Positions 10,775 through 20,810 of a DNA stretch of 64,000 nt are shown here, one piece after another (the stretch's first letter is position 1; each line of letters opens with the position of its first letter). This DNA comes from Nitrospirota bacterium. Its GTDB lineage: Bacteria > Nitrospirota > Nitrospiria > JACRHA01. A model generated the notes under the pieces. The model had not been told where the DNA came from. It saw only the letters and a list, made by a program, of their open reading frames with translations, and made no database searches. The stretch covers positions 5,553 to 69,552 of the forward strand of contig JACRHA010000056.1 in assembly GCA_016234185.1 (NCBI GenBank), read 5' to 3'. Position numbers and translations under genes: made by a program.

Positions 10775-13012
10775 ATGAGGTCTTCTATGGCATCATCACA
10801 AGGACATCCAGGCGAAGAAGGGATAAAGACAAGGAAGGGAAGCCAGAAGGCAGTCTGGGTAATATCAGCAGCGCTCCTTCTTACCCTCACTATCACCCTC
10901 TCTATAATACATTTCAAGGGGATCGAGGACAGATCGCTTTTCCCAAGCAATATACTGATTATCACCCTTGTAAATGTAAACCTGATCCTCGTGATTATAC
11001 TCTGCCTGCTCCTTTCAAGGAATCTTATAAAACTATTTTTTGAGAGACGCCAGAAACTGCTCGGTTCAGGATTCAGGACAAGGCTCATAGCAGCATTTGT
11101 AGGTTTTTCACTTATCCCTTCTGTGCTGCTGTTCATAGTGGCAAGCGGCCTCCTCACAAACAGTATTGAGAACTGGTTCGGCATACAGGTCGAACAATCC
11201 CTGAAGGATTCCCTTGAGGTAGGCCAGGCCTATTATCAAAGGAACAAGGACTTAACCCTGCATTATGCAAGGGAGGTCAGTAAATCCATCCTGGAGAATA
11301 CATTACAAGGTGACGAGAATATTAATGGGATAACTGAGAAGCTAGGAAGAAAACAGAAGGAATATAATTTAAGCGCCCTGGAGGTACTCTTTTCCGGCTC
11401 TAAAAGATCAGTCAGGGCAACAGATCCTAATATCAAAGGAGGCCTTCAGGCAGTCCCTTCCTCAGATATAGCAGAGAAGGCGCTGAAGGGTGAGGAGGCT
11501 ACCCTTATCAGATCAACAGGAACCGGTGATCTGATAAGGAGCGCTGTTCCGATCCGATCGGCTGAAGGCGTCATAGGAGTAGTTATTGCAGACCTCTATA
11601 TACCGGAGAGCCTCGTAGGAAAGATGGAGGAGATAAGCAAGTCCTCTGAGGATTACAGCCAGTTGAAGGCGTTTAAGAACCCTATAAAGGGGAGCTACGT
11701 CCTATCCTTCCTTCTTATCACAATTGTCATCCTCTTTTCAGCCACATGGTTCGGGTTCTATCTTGCAAGGGGCATTACTATCCCGATCCAGAGGCTTGCA
11801 GAAGGGACTAACGCAATAGCCAATGGGGACCTGGATTTCAAGATAGATGTGGATGCAAAAGATGAGATAGGTATCCTAGTCAGGTCTTTTAACAAAATGA
11901 CGGAAGATTTAAAGATAAGCAAAAAGAAACTTGAGGAGGCAAATATCTCCCTGACGGAATCGAATATTGAGCTTGACCGGAGAAGGGCATACATGGAGAC
12001 GATTCTGGAAAATACCGCAGCCGGGGTCATATCTATAAACCTGGATGGCTTAATAACAATATTCAACAGGTCAGCCGAGACAATACTCGGCATAAAGGCA
12101 GAGGACGTGAGAGGCAAGAGGGCCTCACAGGTTCTCTCCGATCCACCCTTCCAGGGAATATACAATATTGCAGAGAGGATAATTTCCGGGAAAAAGAATC
12201 CCATAGAGGAGGAGGTTCAGCTCGATTTTAAAGGTAAACATATTACCATACACCTGAGCGTCTCCGGCATGAGGGACGAGGAATATAATTTCCTCGGTGT
12301 GGTAATTGTATTTGAAGACCTGTCGGAGTTGATCAGGGCGCAGAAGGCTGCGGCCTGGCAGGAGGTAGCAAGGAGGATAGCCCATGAGATCAAAAACCCG
12401 CTGACTCCGATCCAGCTATCTACCGAGAGGTTGCGAAAGAAGTTTTTTGAAGACTCTCCTGATTTCAGAAAGATATTTGACGGATCTACGAGGATTATTA
12501 TTAACGAGGTAAACAGCATGAAGAGGCTGGTTAATGAATTTTCCAATTTTGCCCGCATGCCCTATCCAAAACCGGCTCCGAGTAATCTACAGGAGATACT
12601 AAATGAGGTGATCATGTTATACAGGGGCGCCCATAAGGATATCGAGATCTCCTTTAATCATGCCGATGACCTTCCTCCCCTTAATATCGACAGAGAACAG
12701 ATGAAGAGGGTATTTGTAAACCTCTTTGAGAATGCCCTTGAGGCGATGAACAGGAAGGGAAGGCTCTGCATCACAACTGTCAGTGACCTTAAATCCGGCA
12801 AGGTAAGGATAGAGGTGGCTGATGAAGGTATCGGCATACATCCGGAGGATACAGACAAGCTGTTCCTCCCCTATTTTTCAAAAAAGAAGAGCGGGACAGG
12901 ACTTGGCCTCGCGATCGTGAATCGGATCATATCAGATCATAACGGACATATAAAGGTAACCAGCAATACGCCGAAGGGGACGAATTTTATTATAGAGCTG
13001 CCCATAACGTAA
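10775..13012 (+). CDS. ntrY: NtrY-like sensor histidine kinase (TM-HAMP-PAS-HisKA-HATPase)
   Basis: AWQEVARRIAHEIKNPLTPIQLS, GTGLGLAIV. Confidence 0.92.
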   Translation: MRSSMASSQGHPGEEGIKTRKGSQKAVWVISAALLLTLTITLSIIHFKGIEDRSLFPSNILIITLVNVNLILVIILCLLLSRNLIKLFFERRQKLLGSGFRTRLIAAFVGFSLIPSVLLFIVASGLLTNSIENWFGIQVEQSLKDSLEVGQAYYQRNKDLTLHYAREVSKSILENTLQGDENINGITEKLGRKQKEYNLSALEVLFSGSKRSVRATDPNIKGGLQAVPSSDIAEKALKGEEATLIRSTGTGDLIRSAVPIRSAEGVIGVVIADLYIPESLVGKMEEISKSSEDYSQLKAFKNPIKGSYVLSFLLITIVILFSATWFGFYLARGITIPIQRLAEGTNAIANGDLDFKIDVDAKDEIGILVRSFNKMTEDLKISKKKLEEANISLTESNIELDRRRAYMETILENTAAGVISINLDGLITIFNRSAETILGIKAEDVRGKRASQVLSDPPFQGIYNIAERIISGKKNPIEEEVQLDFKGKHITIHLSVSGMRDEEYNFLGVVIVFEDLSELIRAQKAAAWQEVARRIAHEIKNPLTPIQLSTERLRKKFFEDSPDFRKIFDGSTRIIINEVNSMKRLVNEFSNFARMPYPKPAPSNLQEILNEVIMLYRGAHKDIEISFNHADDLPPLNIDREQMKRVFVNLFENALEAMNRKGRLCITTVSDLKSGKVRIEVADEGIGIHPEDTDKLFLPYFSKKKSGTGLGLAIVNRIISDHNGHIKVTSNTPKGTNFIIELPIT

Positions 13013-13020
13013 ATAGTAAA

Positions 13021-13117
13021 TGGCAAAGCTCAAAGTTCAAATTAGGGAAAAGACAATGTCAAATTTCAAAGTTCAAAGTTCAAAAATTTGGCATTTGGAT
13101 TTTGACATTTGAACTTT
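13021..13117. repeat. Heptamer tandem array with inverted arm (TCAAAGT / TTTGAC-TTTGAA)
   Basis: ctcaaagttcaaatt...tcaaatttcaaagttcaaagttcaaa followed by tttggcatttggattttgacatttgaactt. Confidence 0.75.
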
Positions 13118-13131
13118 TTTAGAGGAACTAT

Positions 13132-14502
13132 ATGGCCGAGAACATCCTGATAGTAGACGATGAAAAATCGATTCTAACTATATTATCGGCAGTCCTGATA
13201 GACGAGGGATACCAGGTGCTCACCGCCGCCGGCGGGAACGATGCCCTCAAGGTCATAAAAAGAGAGACACCTCCTATTGTCCTTCTCGACATATGGATGG
13301 CTGATATGGATGGGATTGAGACGCTGAAGAGGATAAAGGCCCTGTTCCCCGGGGTAATCGTAATAATGATGTCAGGGCATGGCTCGATTGAAACTGCTGT
13401 CAAGGCTACAAAGCTTGGGGCATATGATTACATTGAAAAGCCGCTCTCACTTGAAAAGGTTGTGCTTATAGTCAGACATGCCCTCCGGGAAAAAAAGCTT
13501 GAGGAGGAAAATAGGGCATTGAGGAGCAGGATTGAGCGGAGATTTGAACTTATAGGTGATAGCGCTGCCCTGGGCAGGCTGAAGGAATTAATTAAAACGG
13601 CAGGTCCAACCAATAGCAGGGTCCTGATCTCCGGCGAGAACGGTACCGGCAAGGAACTTGTTGCAAGGAGGATACATCTTTATAGTCCAAGGGCTGCCAG
13701 GCCGTTTATAGAGGTAAACTGCGCCGCCATCCCTGAAACATTGATTGAATCTGAGCTCTTCGGTCACGAGAAGGGTGCATTCACCGGTGCAGTAGAGATG
13801 AAGAGAGGAAAATTTGAGCTGGCCGACGGAGGCACACTGTTTCTTGATGAGATCGGCGATATGAGCCTGGCCACCCAGGCAAAGGTGCTGAGGGTGCTAC
13901 AGGAACAGAGGTTTAACAGGGTCGGGGGAAGCAAGACGATCCAGGTGGACGTTAGGGTCATTGGCGCCTCTAACAAAAACCTGGCGGAGGAGATAAAAAA
14001 GGGGACTTTCAGGGAGGACCTCTACTACAGGCTGAATGTAATCCCCCTCCATATACCCCCGCTAAGGGAGAGGAAGGATGACATTGGACTGCTTGTTAAG
14101 AATTTTTTGATTGAGCTATCAGAGGAACAGGGACTGAAGGAGAAATCTATTACCGATGAGGCCATTGAGATATTAAAGAGGTATTATTGGCCGGGAAACG
14201 TAAGAGAACTAAAGAATATCATTGAACGCCTCATGATCATGGTGCAAGGCCCTGTAATAAAAAAAGAGGATATACTTCTCTTTCTTGAGCCTTCCAATGC
14301 AGCCGGCCCTGCTCCACCAGGTTATCTATATTCCTCCTCCCTGCGGGAGGCAAGGTCATTATTTGAAAAGGAATATATCATGCAGAAACTAAAGGATAAT
14401 GGCTGGAATATATCCAAGACCGCAGAGGACCTTAGGGTCGAGAGGAGCCATCTTCACAGGAAGATAAAATATCTTGGTATAGAGATCAAGGCGGAGTCGT
14501 AG
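13132..14502 (+). CDS. ntrX: NtrX-like sigma-54-dependent response regulator
   Basis: REC (LLDIWM), GENGTGKE, GAFTGA, C-terminal Fis HTH. Confidence 0.92.
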   Translation: MAENILIVDDEKSILTILSAVLIDEGYQVLTAAGGNDALKVIKRETPPIVLLDIWMADMDGIETLKRIKALFPGVIVIMMSGHGSIETAVKATKLGAYDYIEKPLSLEKVVLIVRHALREKKLEEENRALRSRIERRFELIGDSAALGRLKELIKTAGPTNSRVLISGENGTGKELVARRIHLYSPRAARPFIEVNCAAIPETLIESELFGHEKGAFTGAVEMKRGKFELADGGTLFLDEIGDMSLATQAKVLRVLQEQRFNRVGGSKTIQVDVRVIGASNKNLAEEIKKGTFREDLYYRLNVIPLHIPPLRERKDDIGLLVKNFLIELSEEQGLKEKSITDEAIEILKRYYWPGNVRELKNIIERLMIMVQGPVIKKEDILLFLEPSNAAGPAPPGYLYSSSLREARSLFEKEYIMQKLKDNGWNISKTAEDLRVERSHLHRKIKYLGIEIKAES

Positions 14503-14510
14503 ACAGGTTA

Positions 14511-14654
14511 TACCAATTCGCATTCAACAGGATACCAAGGCGGCGAGGAGGCACGAAGAAGGCTGAGGCTGAGGTTGAGGCTAAGAAGTTCCTAAACCTT
14601 AACCTTGACCTCAACCTGTTTTTTTCCAGGTAGCCGAATGAAGGCAAATTGGTA
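14511..14654. mobile_element. MITE with imperfect ~27-bp TIRs, TTA flanks and an internal AGGTTG/AGGCTG hexamer hairpin
   Basis: ATACCAATTCGCATTCAACAGGATACC versus reverse complement ATACCAATTTGCCTTCATTCGGCTACC (21/27); TTA at 14508-14510 and 14655-14657. Confidence 0.7.
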
Positions 14655-14750
14655 TTAGTTCCCTCTACCTAAATGGTATATACTACAGGTTCATCCGTTT
14701 GATTTTTAAAACTTAGAATGGTAATATGCAGTCGATCGGAGGAGGTACTA

Positions 14751-15671
14751 ATGAGGAAAGTTATCATAATCGGTTCCGGCCCGGCAGGTCTTACCGCAGC
14801 TATATACGCCGCAAGGGCAAACTTAAATCCCCTTGTTATAGAAGGTATCCAGACAGGCGGACAGCTCATGATAACCACCATGGTGGAAAACTACCCTGGT
14901 TTCCCTGACGGGATCATGGGCCCACAGCTCATGGAATATACAAAAAAACAGGCAGAGAGGTTTGGAACCGATTTTGTAAGCGGTGATGTCACATCAGTAG
15001 ACTTTACAAAAAGGCCATTTAAGGTAGAGGTTGATGGGAAGTTCTTTGATGCAAGATCGGTAATAATCGCATCCGGGGCATCTGCGATGCTCCTCGGCCT
15101 TGAATCGGAAAAAAGGCTCATGGGAAGGGGTGTTTCTGCATGCGCCACGTGCGACGCCTTCTTTTTTAAGAATAAAGAGGTAGTAGTGGTTGGCGGCGGT
15201 GATACGGCTATGGAGGAGGCAATTTTCCTTACGAAGTTTGCTGTAAAGGTAACCGTTATTCACAGAAGAGATAAGCTTCGTGCCTCGATGATTATGCAGG
15301 AGAGGGCCATAAATAATGAGAAGATCAGTTTCATGTGGGACTCTGTTGTAGATGAGATCTTAGGGGATGAGACGGTAAGTGGTGTCAGGCTTAAAAATGT
15401 GAAGACCGGACAGCATGCGGAGTTAAGATGCGATGGTGTTTTTATGGGTATAGGTCATCAGCCAAATACATCCCTCTTCAAAGGTCAGATAGAGATGGAT
15501 GATAAAGGATATATAATTACCAGGAACTGCACGGAGACAAATATAAAAGGCATCTTTGCGGCAGGTGATGTGCAGGACGTTAGATACAAACAGGCAGTAA
15601 CTGCGGCAGGATCAGGCTGTATGGCCGCTCTGGATGCGGAGAAGTATCTGGAAGAATCAGGTATTTCCTAG
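14751..15671 (+). CDS. trxB: Thioredoxin-disulfide reductase
   Basis: GSGPAG, CATCD active site, GGGDTA, FAAGD; GGAGG RBS before ATG 14751. Confidence 0.97.
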   Translation: MRKVIIIGSGPAGLTAAIYAARANLNPLVIEGIQTGGQLMITTMVENYPGFPDGIMGPQLMEYTKKQAERFGTDFVSGDVTSVDFTKRPFKVEVDGKFFDARSVIIASGASAMLLGLESEKRLMGRGVSACATCDAFFFKNKEVVVVGGGDTAMEEAIFLTKFAVKVTVIHRRDKLRASMIMQERAINNEKISFMWDSVVDEILGDETVSGVRLKNVKTGQHAELRCDGVFMGIGHQPNTSLFKGQIEMDDKGYIITRNCTETNIKGIFAAGDVQDVRYKQAVTAAGSGCMAALDAEKYLEESGIS

Positions 15672-15727
15672 TCCACTAATATCTTTGTTGGTGTGTGTCA
15701 AGGGACTTTGTGAAGGAAGTGCCACCA

Positions 15728-15955
15728 ATGCCTAAGACTATTGAGGCCATCTATGAAGATGGTGTGTTTAAGCCGCTGGATCAGGTCCCTCTGCCAGAAC
15801 ATACTAGGATCCGTTTGACGCTGTCTCCCACCAAGGATTGGGCGGAAAAGTTTAGACGGCTTTTGAACAAGGTTCATCAACGGACCAGAAATATTCCGCA
15901 TTTCCATTTCCAGTTGGGTTGTCATAGAAATATTACTGCAAAAATGTTAATATAA
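15728..15955 (+). pseudogene. AF2212/DUF104-like antitoxin, probably 3'-truncated and without a cognate toxin
   Basis: MPKTIEAIYEDGVFKPL signature; tail after ~aa 57 looks unrelated. Confidence 0.65.
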
Positions 15956-15981
15956 AAAAATCGAATATGGGGAGGTTGATA

Positions 15982-16203
15982 ATGCGAGTTACAGATATTC
16001 CAGAAATCATAAAACTAAGCACGCCTGAAAAAATTCTATTGGTTGAGGATTTGTGGGACAGTATAACAGGAGAAGAATCAGAAGTATCTATCCCTGAGAG
16101 CCATATGGAGGAGTTGGATCGGAGGCTAATAAAGTATAAGTCATCGCCAGGTGAACTTTTATCTTTGGAAGAACTCCAGGCAAGAGTAAAAAGGCGGAAA
16201 TGA
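15982..16203 (+). CDS. Addiction module antitoxin component (TIGR02574-like)
   Basis: LSTPEKILLVEDLWDSI...ELDRRL; overlaps the toxin start. Confidence 0.85.
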   Translation: MRVTDIPEIIKLSTPEKILLVEDLWDSITGEESEVSIPESHMEELDRRLIKYKSSPGELLSLEELQARVKRRK

Positions 16204-16512
16204 CCTATACTCTACGCTTTCTTCCAGAGGTCGAAGAAGATGTGATATCTGGCTATGAATGGTATGAAAGAAAGTCCTCTGGGCTTGGTGAGGATTTCAT
16301 TCGGATGTTTTATGTATATGCCAATGAGATACCAAGATCGCCATTGCTCTATCCAAAAATTTATAATAAATTCCATCGCCGTCTCCTTCGAAGATTTCCG
16401 TATGCTATTTATTTCACAATAGAGAATGACCAGATTATCGTGTTTGGACTTTTTTTATTGTGCACGTGATCCACGCACGATTAAGGCCAAACTGCAAGAT
16501 AGAAAAATATAG
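16200..16512 (+). pseudogene. ParE/RelE family toxin with a +1 frameshift in a T7 run near the C-terminus
   Basis: WYERKSSGLGEDF, RRRLLRRFPYAIYF-type motif; removing one T at 16450-16456 gives FGLFYCARDPRTIKAKLQDRKI-stop at 16512. Confidence 0.8.
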
Positions 16513-16513
16513 A

Positions 16514-16573
16514 AAGTCCCAAGTCACTACACCTGACGCCAAGAGACGGCGCAGGTGAGTTGGGTCTCTGGTT
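16514..16573 (+). other. Degenerate integron attC-like site
   Basis: ACTACACCTGACGCC-AAGAGAC-GGCGCAGGTGAGT hairpin with bulges; R boxes eroded. Confidence 0.4.
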
Positions 16574-16850
16574 GGATCAACAATTTGGGGTAGTTGCAAC
16601 TCTCCCATTACTAGAAGAAATCGCCAGAGTCTTACAAAAACCGCGTCTCCAATCCCGTTATGGATACATATCCTCAGAGATCGAACAAACCGCGTCAATG
16701 TCTCAGATGGTATAGTTAGCATAGGGTATTTACCGAGGGAGGTGTATTCCTTCCATATGTGGTGTTAACCGACAAGTGAGTATAATTATACTAACGGGTT
16801 ATGGCAAATTTATTTCACAAAAAAGCCTATTTCTGCTACACTCGTTTTGT

Positions 16851-16871
16851 CGCTTAATAACATTGTTAGAT
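16851..16871 (+). other. attI-like integron site / cassette 5' core GTTAGAT
   Basis: CGCTTAATAACATTGTTAGAT resembles attI1 (CCCTAAAACAAAGTTAGGC); GTTRRRY lies just before a cassette ORF. Confidence 0.5.
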
Positions 16872-16874
16872 TTC

Positions 16875-17657
16875 ATGAGAGCCATGTTCCCAGTCCCGCG
16901 AATCACGGAGTCGTTCATTGATGGCGTCATTGAGTCGCTCGGGTGGAAACGATATGTAGATATACGGGAGCCAATTGAGGGAGAGCTGAACGCTGATTAC
17001 GTCTCTCCAAATGAAGTTCTTGAGCTGAAGATTTTCGAAGAGGAAGGGCTCGATAAATCTGGGCGTCAGTCAAAGATCGCTGCCCTTTATGAGAGGTTCA
17101 CGACAGATAAAGGGGTTGTCGATCTGGAACTTGATCAGGCTCCGATTGAAATTCGTCGAGAGTTAGAAACGTTGGTGTCTATGCCCCTTCAGACTGCTGT
17201 GAAAAAGGCATCAAAGCAAATTCGCCAATCCGCCAAGGCACTGAACATGGATGGCGCGGGTGTGCTCATAGGTGTGAACAATGGGTACTCGTATCTCAAT
17301 GCCGATAACTTCGAGAGTCTATTGGTACGTCGATGCCGCAACGACTCAACAAACATAGATCACGCAGCCTGTATTACGGTCGATTATCACCAAGGTGCCT
17401 TTGACGCTTTCGTTTTCTGTACAGTCCACTGCCATACAATCCAAGGCGGACCGGAATGGTGTGAATCCAAGCGATTTCAAAAAGCTGTGCTCGGCGCCTT
17501 CAACGATGCGATGGGCCAAATGATGGCTGATCAAATGAACCCGAAATTATGGTATGGAAGCCTGATCCCAGTCACAGACATTCGGTTCGAGCGCAATGGA
17601 GTAATGTACGTGAGGGAGGCGCCATATGTGCCTGATTCCAGGTTCGAGAAAACTTAA
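16875..17657 (+). CDS. Hypothetical integron-cassette protein (260 aa)
   Basis: ORF bounded by GTTAGAT and an attC; codon style differs from core genes; ELK motif may indicate a PD-(D/E)xK fold (weak). Confidence 0.7.
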   Translation: MRAMFPVPRITESFIDGVIESLGWKRYVDIREPIEGELNADYVSPNEVLELKIFEEEGLDKSGRQSKIAALYERFTTDKGVVDLELDQAPIEIRRELETLVSMPLQTAVKKASKQIRQSAKALNMDGAGVLIGVNNGYSYLNADNFESLLVRRCRNDSTNIDHAACITVDYHQGAFDAFVFCTVHCHTIQGGPEWCESKRFQKAVLGAFNDAMGQMMADQMNPKLWYGSLIPVTDIRFERNGVMYVREAPYVPDSRFEKT

Positions 17658-17729
17658 ATCTACGCCTGTGTTGCAGGTGACGTCTCAACCGCTGTGCGGT
17701 TTCGCCGCACCTGAACACAGGCGTTATTG
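17658..17729 (+). other. Integron attC site
   Basis: R'' ATCTACG (ideal ATCTAAC), 5 bp, L'' GTTGCAGG with extra G ... L' CCTGAAC, 6 bp, R' GTTATTG. Confidence 0.75.
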
Positions 17730-17751
17730 GCCATAAAAAAAGGAGGGAGCA

Positions 17752-17835
17752 ATGTTCAGAAAAAAAATTGAAACGTTCGTGGAATGCGTTATTTTTGTAG
17801 CTTTTTTAAAGGTTTTCTTCTGGCAGTTAGTATAG
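17752..17835 (+). pseudogene. Short hydrophobic ORF, possibly a truncated next cassette
   Basis: Strong AGGAGG RBS just after the attC R' box; MFRKKIETFVECVIFVAFLKVFFWQLV*. Confidence 0.35.
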
Positions 17836-18053
17836 GGACACCATATCTGATGCTTAAGAGTATGGATAAGATGCCTCAAATTTCTGATGCAATTAGTCAG
17901 CCATTTTCTGATATAATATTTACAAATAGTTAAAGGGCCGTAGTGATAGAATTCGCAAATGTATGGGGTCAGCGCAAATGTATGGGGTCACCCATTAAAA
18001 GGCACCCATTAAAAGGTCTTGGAATATAAGATTAGTTCTGTTACAGACTGTAC

Positions 18054-18335
18054 ATGGCAAGGCCACTTAGGATCGAATATGCGAGGGCGGTTTATCATGT
18101 GACCTCTGGGGGCAACGCCCGCAAGAAGATTTTTGCCGATAACCAAGACAGAGAGAACTTTATTGCCTCTCTCAGCGCGGTCGTGAAACGCTATAACTGG
18201 TTGTGCCATGCCTACTGCCTTATGGACAATTACTACCACCTTATGATCGAGACACCCGATGCCAATCTATCCATCGGCATGCGCTAGCTCAATGGAATCT
18301 TATACGCAGAAATACAATCGCACACACAGGAAGAA
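18054..18335 (+). pseudogene. REP-associated tyrosine transposase (RAYT/Y1_Tnp) remnant
   Basis: MARPLRIEY..AVYHVTS.GN, HAYCLMDNYYHL (first His of HUH is Tyr), TAG at 18285, frameshift, then YTQKYNRTHRK; truncated. Confidence 0.88.
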
Positions 18336-18391
18336 AATGGGACGGGTTCCGTTTTCTCTGTCTTGGGGTGGGGAATACAAACCCGAGAGCG

Positions 18392-18646
18392 TTAATGTAA
18401 AGCCTTTTCCTGTTTTACCCTCTCATGCAACCAGACTTTTATAAGTGCCCCTCGGTCGACACCTATTTCTCCCCGTATTTCGTCAATCTCGTTAACCAAT
18501 GATTCAGCAATATCTAACGTGATACGTACCTTCTTTCCGTAATGGATAACCTTGGCACGGGATATTTCTATGAGATCATGAATATCCTCACCTGAATCAA
18601 ACCGTTGATCAAATTCTGTATTAGTTTTAGCTAGATTCTTCTTCAT
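18392..18646 (-). CDS. BrnA/CopG-like antitoxin
   Basis: EFDQRFDSGEDI, RITLDI, RGALIKVWLHER; downstream of BrnT. Confidence 0.8.
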   Translation of the reverse strand: MKKNLAKTNTEFDQRFDSGEDIHDLIEISRAKVIHYGKKVRITLDIAESLVNEIDEIRGEIGVDRGALIKVWLHERVKQEKALH

Positions 18647-18896
18647 AAATTTTCTCCTCTTTCTCTCTTGCATGTCTTACTGAGATGATACGAATTGCAT
18701 CTTCTCGCATAGTGTGTATTGCAGTCCATATCTTATTATGTATTTTGCCTATAACGATTCTTCTATTCTCTACAGGATGAGGGGCAAGAATTTCTATCCG
18801 GTTTTCATCCTGCCATAGTCGCTTGGCTGTTTCAAAATCGATTCCATGTTTTACCTTGTTTGAACTGCTTTTGTCATAATCCCACTCAAATTTCAT
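18627..18896 (-). CDS. brnT: BrnT family toxin
   Basis: MKFEWDYDKSSSNKVKHGIDFE...IRIISVRHAREKE. Confidence 0.9.
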   Translation of the reverse strand: MKFEWDYDKSSSNKVKHGIDFETAKRLWQDENRIEILAPHPVENRRIVIGKIHNKIWTAIHTMREDAIRIISVRHAREKEEKIYEEESS

Positions 18897-19044
18897 GCTG
18901 ATATTATACATATTTTACACAGATAATCAACTATCGTGGGTGCATAAATCAAACATAGGTTCAAGCCTTGAATATCATTTTTTCTCAAACCCTTACATGA
19001 AAGCCATGGCTTTGCTCATTGTTGAAGAGTGAATAAGCCAACGA

Positions 19045-19071
19045 AGGTAGCCGAATGAAGGCGAATTGGTA
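19045..19071. mobile_element. Solitary right end of the 14511-14654 MITE family, abutting the modC stop codon
   Basis: AGGTAGCCGAATGAAGGCGAATTGGTA+TTA matches 14628-14657 with one mismatch. Confidence 0.75.
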
Positions 19072-20148
19072 TTAGACCCTGGGAATAAGATGTATTGACT
19101 GGGCCTTAACCGAGGCAGTTATCTCTGATCCCTCAGCTAAGGCAAGCTCCTGGTAAGATTGCTTCGTCACAAGTGCGGTGAGGAGAAATCCACAATCAAT
19201 TATTATCCTTACTATCGGCCCTTCGAGTGCGATCTTCCTGATCCTTCCCCTTAAGCGATTCCTCGCGCTGCTGTTTGATGCCACATCCTTTTCGAGTATT
19301 ATATCCTCGCCCCTTATGCAGACAAATACATCTCCGGATATATCTTTACTCTCTACGGAAAAAAGGCGTTCACTTGAGACATCGACCGTAACAAGGCCTT
19401 CAGATATAGCGGTCACCTTTCCGGGGACAACAGTCTCAACCCCTACAATAGAGGCAACCTTTTGGTTTACAGGCCTGTTGAATACCTCGTCAACATTACC
19501 CATCTGAAGCACCTCACCATCCGAAATGAGGATCAGCTTATCACCTAACGAGAGGGCCTCGGTCCTGTCATGTGTTACTAAGAGGGTTGTGGTCTGGAAT
19601 CCCTTTAATATAACCTTGATCTCACCCCTGATCTGCTCCCGGGCCGTTGCATCTATGGCGGAAAAAGGCTCGTCGAGAAAGAGGATCTTGGGCCTCCTTA
19701 TGAGGGTCCTGGCCAGCGCGACCCTCTGGCGCTCCCCACCAGAAAGGCTTGCTGGAAATCTATCCCTTACATCACTTAATCTCAACAGCCCGATGATATC
19801 CTCAAGCCTCTCCCTTGCCTCTTTTCTTGAGAGATTGTATGTTATATTCTTTGTAACTGTAAGGTGAGGAAAGAGGGCATAGTCCTGAAAGAGATAGCCT
19901 ACACCCCTTTTATGCGTGCAGACGGATATTCGGGCATCAGAATCAAACCAGATCTCGGAGCCGAACTGCACCCTCCCCATATCAGGTCTTTCCAGCCCGG
20001 CAAGGCACCTTAGAAGAGTCGTTTTCCCTGAACCGGATGGCCCAAAAAGTACCATAACAGATCCATCCGTATGGAAATCCAGGTCTGCACAGACTCGGAA
20101 TCCGGATGGATACCTTTTGATTATATTTGCCGCTACCTCCCTGGCCAT
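19072..20148 (-). CDS. modC: Molybdate ABC transporter ATP-binding protein with TOBE domain
   Basis: GPSGSGKT, LSGGERQR, C-terminal SARNRL TOBE. Confidence 0.92.
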   Translation of the reverse strand: MAREVAANIIKRYPSGFRVCADLDFHTDGSVMVLFGPSGSGKTTLLRCLAGLERPDMGRVQFGSEIWFDSDARISVCTHKRGVGYLFQDYALFPHLTVTKNITYNLSRKEARERLEDIIGLLRLSDVRDRFPASLSGGERQRVALARTLIRRPKILFLDEPFSAIDATAREQIRGEIKVILKGFQTTTLLVTHDRTEALSLGDKLILISDGEVLQMGNVDEVFNRPVNQKVASIVGVETVVPGKVTAISEGLVTVDVSSERLFSVESKDISGDVFVCIRGEDIILEKDVASNSSARNRLRGRIRKIALEGPIVRIIIDCGFLLTALVTKQSYQELALAEGSEITASVKAQSIHLIPRV

Positions 20149-20807
20149 CCGTAGATCCTTCTTTTGTTAAAACCATACACTATGGAAAGTGTGGCAAAGG
20201 ACACAATAAGAAGGAAGAGGGCGGTCTTCCCGGCAGAGGCATAATCCAGCGCCTGCACCTTATCGTAAATATCTATCGAGGCCGTCCTGGTAACACCGGG
20301 GATATTACCCCCTACCATAAGAACCACCCCAAACTCCCCCATAGTATGTGCAAAGCTTAAGACAACACCGGTTATTAACCCTGATGTAGAAAGGGGGATC
20401 ATGATCGTGAAGAATGTCTTTAACCTTGAGGCGCCAAGTGTCCATGCCGCCTCCACCAGATGTCTATCCAGGGAATTAAAGGAGGATGTAAATGACTGGA
20501 CTGCAAAGGGGAGACTGTAAAGGACAGAAGCGATTAAAAGACCGCCAAAGGAAAATACGAGGTGTCCGCCTGTCAGGCCTTCCCATAGTCCTCCTATGGG
20601 GCTCCTTGGCCCCATTGCGACCAATATATAAAACCCGAGTACTGTTGGAGGAAGAACAAGCGGCAGGGCCACTATGGCCTCTACAAGGAACTTATATCTC
20701 CACGTTGAAAACGAGAGCCAATAGGCAATCGGAAGACCTATAATAAGTAGCGTTATTGATGTCAGGAGGGCCAGCCTTGTGGTCAATAATATAGCTTCCC
20801 AATCCAT
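20133..20807 (-). CDS. modB: Molybdate ABC transporter permease
   Basis: LPLVLPPTVLGF, FAHTMGEFGVVLMVGGNIPGVT. Confidence 0.96.
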   Translation of the reverse strand: MDWEAILLTTRLALLTSITLLIIGLPIAYWLSFSTWRYKFLVEAIVALPLVLPPTVLGFYILVAMGPRSPIGGLWEGLTGGHLVFSFGGLLIASVLYSLPFAVQSFTSSFNSLDRHLVEAAWTLGASRLKTFFTIMIPLSTSGLITGVVLSFAHTMGEFGVVLMVGGNIPGVTRTASIDIYDKVQALDYASAGKTALFLLIVSFATLSIVYGFNKRRIYGWPGR

Positions 20808-20810
20808 TAT

